A DNA stretch of 38,111 nt from Octopus bimaculoides. Lineage: Eukaryota. The translations under genes and the position numbers were made by a program. The notes under the pieces are model-generated. The model did not search any database and was not told the origin of the DNA. It saw only the letters and a list, made by a program, of their open reading frames with translations. Where the stretch lies: NCBI RefSeq assembly GCF_001194135.2, contig NC_068984.1, forward strand, positions 36,762,675-36,800,785. Direction: 5' to 3'. This document shows positions 24,131 to 34,984 of this stretch, one piece after another (the first letter of the stretch is position 1; each line of letters opens with the position of its first letter).

Positions 24131-24689
24131 AAAGATTATTATTATTATCATTAGCAATAGTAGTCTTAGCAGTAGTTACGTTTTCGCAACTTTGGTTGTT
24201 TTGTTCTCACTTAGCCATCAAAACCAGCGAACACATACGATATTAAATATTTTTGTTTAGTCCATATAAGTATATTTTCACTATTAAAATCCTACCGACG
24301 TGATCGACTCTCATTTGTTTTGGGTCGATTATATAGGTACTGCTCTACTACAATAACCGCCGTTTGCAATAATTTATTAAAGTTAACTAAGAATTGCTGA
24401 GCTACTGTAAGAAATAATGTCTATTTATATCTTGCTATCATATATATTTCTTATTTGTTTTATGAATAAGGCGGTGTAACTGTCGAAAGTGATTTTCTCC
24501 AATGATGATTATAACAGTGGAATAAAACTAACATCAATCAACACTATCGGGTAGTACTGGAAATAGCATCTAGCACAATATGTTGCTGTGCAAAACATCT
24601 AATGTCACTTTATTGATGTTATCGCAACATCGTAGCAAGATTAATGATCGTAATGACAACAACGACTACAACTATTATAATAAATATAA

Positions 24690-25110
24690 CTCTTGTAGAT
24701 TGTGTTGCAGATAGAAGATTACTCCTACACTCATACTTTCTTTTCAAGGATTTTTTACTTGAAAGAACACAGAGTGTTTGGATAAACGGATTTGATTTTA
24801 CGGTAGTAGATTTATACCTATCAGCGTGTTTTCTGCGGGAACTTGCACTCTGCTGCTTAGCGCCTATTCATGACTATCGGTTCACCGATAACACGAAATT
24901 GGATTTTCCAGAAATCGGACACACTGTTCTTGTCATTATCTTTCTTCATCAAATATTCCATCGGTTTTATGTCTGATATAAACATTTTCTACGACGTGAA
25001 TTTTTCGAAGATGTTATCCACATAGCAATGTACCTAATTGATTATCGATTTTCTGCAGTGATATGTTATCTAGCCAATCAACTTTGTAAACATTGTGAAG
25101 GAATGAAGTA
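24690..25110 (+). mobile_element. Decayed CR1/L2/Jockey-type LINE RT fragment
   Basis: FKDFLLERTQSVWING (cf. WxxxFLxxRxQxVxVNG) followed by FTDNTKL (cf. FADDTKL). Confidence 0.55.
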
Positions 25111-26844
25111 TAACATTCTCACCTAAAAATTTTCTTCTCAGCCCTTTTATTTATAGATGATATCATTAAAGAAGTTAATTTATTATTGACAATAAAGAAG
25201 TTTAAATGTGCATTTCTCATCAATAGTGTGTTTTAAAAAGGATATGTTAATTATACATATATTTTTTTATATTTGAAACCATTTTTGCTACATTTTGGAA
25301 AGCCAAAATACAAATCATGGTGCAAACAGTAAGACTAATACGGAAAGTTCAATTTTAAATAAAACGTACAGTATAGATTATAGAATATTTTGATGTGGAA
25401 CTCGAAAGAAAAGTAAACACATCCCACTGGATGAACTAATTTCCCGACAGGAAACCGTGTGAAAAGGTATGAGACAATAAATTTCTAGGGTAAAATTTCT
25501 GTTACTACAATGTGGTTGCGTGGTATATACGTTTAGAATGAATTAAGTCTATCACTAGTATGTATTGGGGTTAACTTGATGAAATGGAAATCATAACGAC
25601 GGAAAGTTATCACATACACACACACAAAGAAGCGTGCACATACACAGATACACACACACACACGTATCGGAAGATACACAGATAGATTATGTTTCCACCA
25701 CCTTTGAATCACGTCATATTAATTAGTTATATGATACATACACATTCAAAGGAACAATTTCAAAAATCAAGAAACATAATTTCGGTTTTGTTCCATCTGT
25801 AGATTGAAGTTTTGTACCAGGTCATCCGTATGATAGGAATCAATGAGGTCTCAAAAGGCACCCCCCTCCCGCCTATGATAATTGTGTTTTCTCTTTCATG
25901 ACATACATTAATCAATTTTGACAATACTTTATTTAAATCAATAGAGATTCTAGTACCTTTTGATTCTTATTTCTAGCAGTTGGAGTGGCCACGCAGAGTG
26001 TACCCAGTGAATTCCCATTCTGTGAGCAGATAAAATAACAATATGTACTACAGCTATATTATTCTCATATAAAACCATTCTACCAAAATGAAGTCTTCTA
26101 CGTAGACGATAGAAATCAATATTATATTTGTTCTCTCCCATCTTCAGTAGTCTTCGCAAAAAAAAAGTAAAAGAATTCCCCTGATAAATTTGCGAAGAAA
26201 ATAATTGTAAAATTAGAATATCTATTTATTGACTAAAATTTGTGTACATTTAAGTTATCTGCAACATATATACAACATGACATAGGCATATAGAAAAAGA
26301 TATGCATATATATGCGAGCACACAAATACGCAAATAAAAACAAATATAGAATTCATTATATATATATATGCACGTATGTAAGTATGTGTTTTTGACGTCT
26401 GCAAATTTGGGTATGTTAGTGCAAGTATGTTTTACATGTATGTATGTATGTATATTTATATATATATATATATATATATNNNNNNNNNNNNNNNNNNNNN
26501 NNNNNNNNNNNNNNNNNNNNNNNNNNNNNNNNNNNNNNNNNNNNNNNNNNNNNNNNNNNNNNNNNNNNNNNNNNNNNNNNNNNNNNNNNNNNNNNNNNNN
26601 NNNNNNNNNNNNNNNNNNNNNNNNNNNNNNNNNNNNNNNNNNNNNNNNNNNNNNNNNNNNNNNNNNNNNNNNNNNNNNNNNNNNNNNNNNNNNNNNNNNN
26701 NNNNNNNNNNNNNNNNNNNNNNNNNNNNNNNNNNNNNNNNNNNNNNNNNNNNNNNNNNNNNNNNNNNNNNNNNNNNNNNNNNNNNNNNNNNNNNNNNNNN
26801 NNNNNNGTGTATATATATATATATAAAGCTTAAAATTTAGATAA

Positions 26845-27180
26845 AACTTAGATATGTTTCGACCAGGCCATGTCTAACTTAATAGCACCACCTGATAGGA
26901 TTATCCAAATCCTTTTTAAGTCAAGTTTTGTTTATAGTCTATTCAAGTAGTGAGTTGTATCCAGGTATGGGTGGGTTATCTGGTAATTCGTGAATATATA
27001 TATAAATCGCGGAGTAGATAAAACAGGGGACAACTGATGGAGGGAATGTTCTTTATGTTACTTATCTGCCTGTCTCGTTTCTCTATTTGTTTTTTCGTTG
27101 TTCCAAAAAAGTTCGTTTCCTACATTTTTGTTTTTTATGCGTTCGTTTCTCATTTTGTTCACATTCTTTTAAAGTCATGT
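26845..27180 (+). mobile_element. Interspersed repeat related to 11110-11370 (Penelope-like terminal region)
   Basis: Shared segments with the reverse complement of about 11140-11270. Also carries tatgtttcgacc, the reverse complement of a GAAACATA motif similar to the 2005-2013 core. Confidence 0.4.
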
Positions 27181-28879
27181 ACCCATATATGCATGTATCT
27201 ATACATATATATATGTAGGTATGTACATATGTGTGTTTTTCATAACTTCATATTTTCCGACCCTACTATATCTCTTTCTCTTTCTCTTCCTCTATTATTC
27301 CCCCCCCCTCGTTCTTCCTCTTTACTACTACGTATCTCGCTTTACCCCTCTCGTTCTTCTGTTACTACTACGTATCTCTTTTTCCCCCCTCGTACGTCCT
27401 CTCTTTCTCTTTTCCTCTCGTTGCTCACCTATTCTTCTACTTCCTCCCTTTGTTTCTCCCTCTGCCACTCTCTCTCTTCCCCTTACACCGGCATGGTCAC
27501 ATGCTTCCGGTCAATAATCCTTTTCTTCCTTGGCCGTCGCCGAGCTAACANNNNNNNNNNNNNNNNNNNNNNNNNNNNNNNNNNNNNNNNNNNNNNNNNN
27601 NNNNNNNNNNNNNNNNNNNNNNNNNNNNNNNNNNNNNNNNNNNNNNNNNNNNNNNNNNNNNNNNNNNNNNNNNNNNNNNNNNNNNNNNNNNNNNNNNNNN
27701 NNNNNNNNNNNNNNNNNNNNNNNNNNNNNNNNNNNNNNNNNNNNNNNNNNNNNNNNNNNNNNNNNNNNNNNNNNNNNNNNNNNNNNNNNNNNNNNNNNNN
27801 NNNNNNNNNNNNNNNNNNNNNNNNNNNNNNNNNNNNNNNNNNNNNNNNNNNNNNNNNNNNNNNNNNNNNNNNNNNNNNNNNNNNNNNNNNNNNNNNNNNN
27901 NNNNNNNNNNNNNNNNNNNNNNNNNNNNNNNNNNNNNNNNNNNNNNNNNNNNNNNNNNNNNNNNNNNNNNNNNNNNNNNNNNNNNNNNNNNNNNNNNNNN
28001 NNNNNNNNNNNNNNNNNNNNNNNNNNNNNNNNNNNNNNNNNNNNNNNNNNNNNNNNNNNNNNNNNNNNNNNNNNNNNNNNNNNNNNNNNNNNNNNNNNNN
28101 NNNNNNNNNNNNNNNNNNNNNNNNNNNNNNNNNNNNNNNNNNNNNNNNNNNNNNNNNNNNNNNNNNNNNNNNNNNNNNNNNNNNNNNNNNNNNNNNNNNN
28201 NNNNNNNNNNNNNNNNNNNNNNNNNNNNNNNNNNNNNNNNNNNNNNNNNNNNNNNNNNNNNNNNNNNNNNNNNNNNNNNNNNNNNNNNNNNNNNNNNNNN
28301 GAACAAGAGACCTTCCACCCTCGCCAACACATACTGACACACACTGCAACACCAACGGACACACACATGTCGCCTCTCACCACCAAATCTAACTTCTGTT
28401 ACAAACCTGTCGGCACCCCCCCCTCATATGTACACCACTCACATAAGCACAAACACACGCGCACACAGATACTACCACACACACACACACATACATATAC
28501 ACACTCCCACACACGAATAGAAAAGTACTCGCGTGCCCGTGCGCGCGCACACCACACACCCACATACAAATCATTTTCATTTTCATCATCTCTCTTACCT
28601 TAACGATTCACTTTCTCACTCTTTTTCCAATTGCGGTAACTTCAGCCATGTAAACACATAAGCACTTTTCTCGGACTATTCTTCTCCCTTTCTATGGACC
28701 TTTCTACTTGCCTCTTTTTTAACGGAGAGCCATGCTCGAAAAGTCACACTCCGTCTTTCTTTCCATCTTAAACTGAGCGTTAACCTAATACACACACACA
28801 CACGCATACACACACACACAGACACACACACACACACACACACAGACACACACACACATATATATATATATATTGTTTT

Positions 28880-29282
28880 TTCAGGATTAAATAAAAAGAA
28901 GACAAGAAACGGAAAATATGACATACCTATATATATATATATATAATTCACAGTAACGTGTGGTAAATAAACGAACGAACATATAGTAAATACACAGGCG
29001 AAAGGAAAATACAGAAGGTCACCAACTCTTCATCAGTTATTGATCAGAGGGTCAAACGCAATTTCTGTCATTATCGATTACATCGCTTCCTCTCTGGAGA
29101 CACCGGCAAGAAACTTGCCGGGAATGGGAGGAAAACATAACAAAATGAGACGGGCTCGAGACGAGAACGCCTGTGTATTTAGCATGTGTTCGTTGGTTTA
29201 CTTACTATACGTCTTTGTGAATTATATATACATAGGTACGTCATATTTTGCGTTTGCTGTCTTGTTTTTATTTAATCCTGAA
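28880..29282. repeat. Inverted repeat, ~120-bp arms around a 167-bp spacer
   Basis: ttcaggattaaataaaaa...taaatacacaggcg (28880-29000) matches the reverse complement of cgcctgtgtattta...tttttatttaatcctgaa (29168-29282). The spacer holds a perfect hairpin ccggcaag-aaa-cttgccgg (29103-29121). Confidence 0.9.
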
Positions 29283-29325
29283 GATATGTATGTAACGCAC
29301 ACACACCTTAATATTTTACCGATTT

Positions 29326-29433
29326 GTAGAAATATTCTTGGAAAAATTTGTGCGACTCTGTCTCTTTCCTTTACTTCGCGTAGAATATTCTTGGGCAATG
29401 TTTGTGCCACTCTGTCTGTTTCCTTTACTTCGC
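29326..29433 (+). repeat. Tandem duplication, 2 x 54 bp
   Basis: gtagaaatattcttggaaaaatttgtgcgactctgtctctttcctttacttcgc followed by gtagaatattcttgggcaatgtttgtgccactctgtctgtttcctttacttcgc. Confidence 0.9.
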
Positions 29434-29743
29434 TTCTCTCAATTTCCTTTCCTTCTCTCTCTCCCTATCTCTCTCACTCTTTCTCTCTCTCTCTCTCTCT
29501 CTCTCTGTATGTCAATCTCTCTCTCTGTCTTTCTCTGTTACCCTCCTTTCACTATCCAGTGACCCATGACGACCTAAGGCTGCGTCATTCTCTTTCGCGT
29601 TCCCTTCGACTGGACTGGTCGTGATTTCCTATGATTGTCGCTCTAACTCTCCCGTGTCTATAATCCTTTGGGGCAGTTTTTATTTCTCCTTCGCGTTACC
29701 CACTTCTGTCTTGTCTTGCAGCGCCAAGTATTTTTTGTATAAG

Positions 29744-29862
29744 TATTATTATTATTATTATTATTACTATTATTATTATTATTATTATTTTTTTTTTTCT
29801 TTCTTCAAATTTTCTTCCATTTATCGCCGAGAGTTTTCCGTACACCTAGGGCAGAGAAGCTC
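29744..29862 (-). mobile_element. Very short 3'-end fragment of the Dong/R4 family with its (TAA)n tract
   Basis: tacacctagggcagagaagc (29841-29860) matches gacacctaaggcagagaaac (23402-23421). Both are followed on the minus strand by a purine-rich stretch and (TAA)n. Confidence 0.65.
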
Positions 29863-30232
29863 ATTATATGCATTCCCAGTTTACACACGCAAATTCACAG
29901 CTAAAATAATATGTATTTAAAAAAAATAAATAAATAAATAAATAAATTCATGAATTGATGTTGTTTTCACAGCGATAATGCTCTACTCAGTACGAGACGT
30001 TCCAGTTAACACGATATTTTGCACTTCCTGTAGGGATGGTAGTCTGCATCAATTGGATAAAAGCTGCAATCTAAACGATGTGGTTCTTTTCAGTTTCAAT
30101 CAAATATATATTGTGTGTGTCACAAGGCTATAAAAAGTTACATTTGCTCAAGCAGCTCGCAATGCAATCGAACTTGCTATTCCATGTTCCAGAAGCGTAC
30201 CTTTCAATCGTTTAGGCCCAGCTGCATTTATG

Positions 30233-30591
30233 TATATATATATACATTGTCAGAAGAATAGTTATGCATATAGATATATGTACATATGTTTGTTTGTGTA
30301 CATGCGCATGCGCACGAACGTGTGTGTGTCTGTGTGTACATGTGTGTTTATTTATGCATTGATTTTATCTATGTCATAAAATGATACTGNNNNNNNNNNN
30401 NNNNNNNNNNNNNNNNNNNNNNNNNNNNNNNNNNNNNNNNNNNNNNNNNNNNNNNNNNNNNNNNNNNNNNNNNNNNNNNNNNNNNNNNNNNNNNNNNNNN
30501 NNNNNNNNNNNNNNNNNNNNNNNNNNNNNNNNNNNNNNNNNNNNNNNNNNNNNNNNNNNNNNNNNNNNNNNNNNNNNNNNNNNNNNNNNNN

Positions 30592-30631
<40 letters not shown>

Positions 30632-30836
30632 TAGAGAGACACGCACACAGATAGACACATATATATATATATATATCGGTATATATATATACATTGTCAG
30701 AAGAATAGTTATGCATATAGATATATGTACATATGTTTGTTTGTGTACATGCGCATGCGCACGAACGTGTGTGTGTCTGTGTGTACATGTGTGTTTATTT
30801 ATGCATTGATTTTATCTATGTCATAAAATGATACTG
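30233..30836 (+). repeat. 157-bp identical direct repeat flanking an N-gap (30233-30389 and 30680-30836)
   Basis: The two copies read as identical by eye, and the first ends exactly at the gap edge. Confidence 0.9.
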
Positions 30837-31183
30837 GCTAAATGTCCTTCTCTATAGCGATTTCACATTCTTAAAATTTAGAAATGAAATTAAAATCAAA
30901 CGTAAGTACATATATAGATTTTATAACGATGATATCAAAACAAGATTATTGTGGTAATAAACTAATAACTGTAGGAACACAGTACAATTTGCTGTTAACT
31001 TAGTTTTAGAAATATACTTAAATATAATGATAACAACGGACACAGTACAATCTGATACACAAAAAATGTATGTGTGTGTATGTATATCAGCCTTCTTTTG
31101 GCGAACGAAACTATGTCTCCATATATGTATGTATATGTGCGCGTGTGGATATGTGTTAGTGTGTGTGTGCGTGATAAGTGTGC

Positions 31184-31184
<1 letters not shown>

Positions 31185-31269
<85 letters not shown>
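31185..31269. repeat. (TA)n microsatellite
   Basis: Perfect TA run of about 42 units. Confidence 0.97.
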
Positions 31270-31272
<3 letters not shown>

Positions 31273-31858
31273 CGTGTGTGTGTGTGTGTGTGTGTGTGCA
31301 TCTTTCGTGTATAAAATATCTGTTTACAGAACAATCGTATATATAAATGTTTCAAGACAATATTAATAGTATGCTCAACGTTTCTGATTGTCCATAATTT
31401 TATACGTCACTTTATAGATTTAAACTGAATTTAATAATCGTTTTGTATATTTTACCAACATTGAAACGATTTATTAATGTTATAGTTTTATTTTTTATGT
31501 TTATGCAAAATATCACAATATAAATGTCTTTTCGTAAAGAAATGTTTGCTTTTGAACAATCTTCCTCATGTTTTGCGGGGTTTTTTTTTTGGTTTTTTTT
31601 GAGTATTACTTTTTTCTCTCAATCTGCAAGAATTTTAACTCGATTTTCAAGGTTTCCACAGTAGTCATATTATCGTTTTCATTAGTTAGTTATACACTCC
31701 TGTATATCGCACAATTATATGGTGAAGTATCTTAACTCGAAAGGCCTCTGGAGTATAGTTGTCCATTCGATAGAACATTGTATATGTCAAGAGAATCAGC
31801 TACTCTGCAATTGCTCATTTTCTTTTAGTTTTGAAACTGTATTGTTAAGCTGCTTTTA

Positions 31859-33132
31859 TTGGGTTGGCAACGACGTTCCCGGCGTCTTTTTAAATTAAAT
31901 TTTTTTAAAACGTTTAATAAAAAAAATAACAACTATTTAATCAATAATATATTCACCCTTGTTGTTTACAATTCTTCTCAGCGTTCAACAAGATTTTCAA
32001 TACATCGTTGGTAGAAATCCCCCGATTTCAACTCGAAAAATTGATCCAAGCTCTCAATTCTGCACCAGTATTGAACGAACTCCGCACATAGCATTTGAAG
32101 AGATCGAAAGAGGTGGAAATCCGTCGGTGCCAAATTAGGAGAGTACGGCAGGTGTGACTGCACTTCCTAGCCATGCGTTTGAATGGCTTATCTGGTCATA
32201 TTGGCGATATGAGGGCAGCTGAAGAACACCATGCTGCCGATTAGGTCTTTTCTCTTGAATAGCCATGCTGAATCGTTCCAGTTGTTGAACACAGAGTTCC
32301 GCGTTGACCGTTTGGTACCGTTAAAGCAATTCGTAATGGATAATCCCTTCCCAGTCCTACCATACGCACAGCATCGTTTTACGCGGATGAACATCTTGTT
32401 TCATGCACGGTGTCGCTTGTTTACCGGGGCTAAGCCATTCCTTACGCTACTTCATATTGGCGTACAGGCACCATATTTCGTCGCCAGTAACGATTCAGTA
32501 AAGAAATCGTTGCTTGTGTCCATGAGTTGAGCAGTGACGAGCAAGCAAAGCAGCGGAGATTGTGGGTCGTTGATTTTTGTTGTTGTCAATTAAAGCATGC
32601 GAAACCCATAATCCATACGTCTGAACCTTTCCCATCGAGTGAAGATGCTTCTCTATAGCAGTGTCGGAGCATTACATTTTCTCTGCCAGTTCCCTTGTCA
32701 TTTGACCAGAATTTACGCGCAAAAGTTGGTTTAATCGCTCTTCATCGAACTCAACTGGACGGCCAGAACGAGGTGCGTCTTTGAGGTCAAAATTTTCATT
32801 TTTGAACTCGGCATACCAATCACGAACGGTTCTTTCAGCTATGTCACCCTCTCCATACACAGCACAAATGTCGCGAGCAGCATTCGCGACCTTAGAACTT
32901 TGATTAAAAGCAAAAAGAAGGAAGTGTCGAAAATGCTCGTTTTTGTTAACTTCGCACTCCATTTTAATGATCTGAAAAGAAACAAAAATTAACTAACATT
33001 AACTATTAAAAAAACAAACTAGATTCCAAAATGATTCAAAAATAGAATTCTCGAAAAAATAGATTCCAAAATTTAAAAATGCAATTAATTCCAAAATTTA
33101 ACAAATCGGTGGTAACTTAGTTGCCAACCCAA
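31859..33132 (-). mobile_element. Full-length (1274 bp) mariner DD34D transposon with disrupted transposase
   Basis: Both TIRs begin TTGGGTTGGCAAC and are flanked by TA (31857-31858 and 33133-33134). ORF 32672-32962 encodes a Mos1/SETMAR-type HTH (RTVRDW...FDLKDAPRSGRP). Downstream frames give LWVSHA (WVPHEL), HPRKTMLCVWWDWEGIIHYEL and LPYSPNLAPTDFHLFRSL. Confidence 0.95.
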
Positions 33133-33153
33133 TATTTTACGTCCTGTGTTATT

Positions 33154-33337
33154 CTGATTTCAATTTTTGGCACAAGGCCATCAATTTCGGGGGAAGGGTT
33201 AAGTCGATACATTGTCCCAAAATTTCATCGTATTTTATTGACCCCGAAAAGAAAGGCAAAGTTGTCCTCGGCGGAATGTGAGCTTACAACGTAAAGACAG
33301 ACGAAGTACCGCTAAGCATTTTTCCCGGCCAGCTCGC
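33154..33337 (-). mobile_element. tRNA-derived SINE, family B
   Basis: gaccccgaaaagaaaggcaaagttgtcctcggcggaatgtgagcttacaacgtaaagac...ccagctcgc is homologous to 21131-21264. Confidence 0.75.
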
Positions 33338-33854
33338 AGTCCTGATGTCCTATTTTGTATTAAAACAACACGTTTTTCAGTTTTCTGAAAACAGGCTATG
33401 CAACAGCTTTCCTACATAAAAGACAGTATCCTACTACGTAGAGGTGATATACTTTTGTTCTTCGTGCTCAGGTCCATAGTATTCGATCAAATTTAGTCAT
33501 GGTCATAGGGAGGACTCTATATCGGAGACTGTACATCCAACTGTTTTCGTCTAGCTTCTTGAGAGTGTAGGGTCAGAGTTTAAAAAATTAGTTACACTTT
33601 CTATCTTGTTTATATACAACATATCGGCTTCCACAATGCTGATGTACTTTATTTTTCATGATATTGTTTGATATAATACGGAGTCTTCCTCGAAATAAAT
33701 GCTCTGTTACGGAATAGAAGATACAAAATCAGTTAAAATTACAATTAGATTTACTACAATGTTAATTTTTTCACAGTTTTGTAACTAGATCGACTGTCTA
33801 ATCGAAACATATGCCTGATGCTTATATGTTTTCAGAAATTATAAAGCTATTTTG

Positions 33855-33891
<37 letters not shown>

Positions 33892-34344
33892 NNNNNNNNN
33901 NNNNNNNNNNNNNNNNNNNNNNNNNNNNNNNNNNNNNNNNNNNNNNNNNNNNNNNNNNNNNNNNNNNNNNNNNNNNNNNNNNNNNNNNNNNNNNNNNNNN
34001 NNNNNNNNNNNNNNNNNNNNNNNNNNNNNNNNNNNNNNNNNNNNNNNNNNNNNNNNNNNNNNNNNNNNNNNNNNNNNNNNNNNNNNNNNNNNNNNNNNNN
34101 NNNNNNNNNNNNNNNNNNNNNNNTTTTGAATATATATCAACTTTAAATAGGGCTCAAAATTGATCAAAATGGACGTTCTATCAAAATGTACATAGGTCTA
34201 TTTATTTGTTATTATTATTGTTATTGTTGTTGTAATAAAGTATTTTGAGCTCTATTTAAAGTTGATATATATATATATATATATATATATATTACCAGTA
34301 GAATCGCTAAGCCGTGATGTGTATAAATACAAGCTTGTTACCAA

Positions 34345-34803
34345 TTCAAATATACCTGAGTTATATCCGAACCCGTAAGAAAGCCATTCACTGTTTTCTT
34401 AGTGAGGAAATTTCTCACTATTGATAAATAAGTGGAAGCACACCAAGTCTGTTCCAAGCGCTTTCTGAACATACTGATGAATGCATACATTTCGGAGTGG
34501 TTATCTCCTCTCCAGCATCAGATACTGATAGGGATTTCACGGATAAATAAGAGACGGGTATTTCTTCGTAATGTTTATGGACGGAAACATAAGAGATGCC
34601 CATATCTTGTTGACAGTTTGTAGCGTTCTCCATTCCCTCTATTTGATACTGATGTCACGATAAATACTCGGAAATGCATGTATCTATCAGTCTGGTTAGA
34701 GGTTGCTTCGAATTGATTCAGTGTGTTTAGACCTATTTGTCTAAAAAGAGTAATATATTCCATGACAGTGAATGGATTCGAATATGCGCCAAGGATATTT
34801 GAA
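34345..34803. repeat. Old, strongly diverged palindrome (~230-bp arms, centre about 34580)
   Basis: Matching blocks: ttcaaatat/atatttgaa, ccattcactgt/acagtgaatgg, ctgatgaatgcatacatttcggagt vs reverse complement ctgatagatacatgcatttccgagt, and taagagacgggtatttctt vs caagatatgggcatctctt (14/19). Central atgttt-(8 nt)-aaacat. Confidence 0.75.
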
Positions 34804-34920
34804 CTCATAACCGGTACACACACATATACACACACCCACCCACACACACATACACACATATATATATGTGTACACAAACGTACGCGCACGCAAACACACA
34901 CACACTCGAACATAGATATA

Positions 34921-34952
34921 TACATACATACATACATACATACATACATACA

Positions 34953-34982
<30 letters not shown>
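34921..34982. repeat. (CATA)n microsatellite
   Basis: Perfect tetranucleotide run. Confidence 0.95.

Positions 34983-34984
<2 letters not shown>

Noticed and set aside
28720-28755. GAGC-cat-GCTC-GAAA-a-GTC, a hammerhead stem II/GAAA remnant
   Set aside because: The CTGANGA box is absent; at most a decayed PLE terminal motif.
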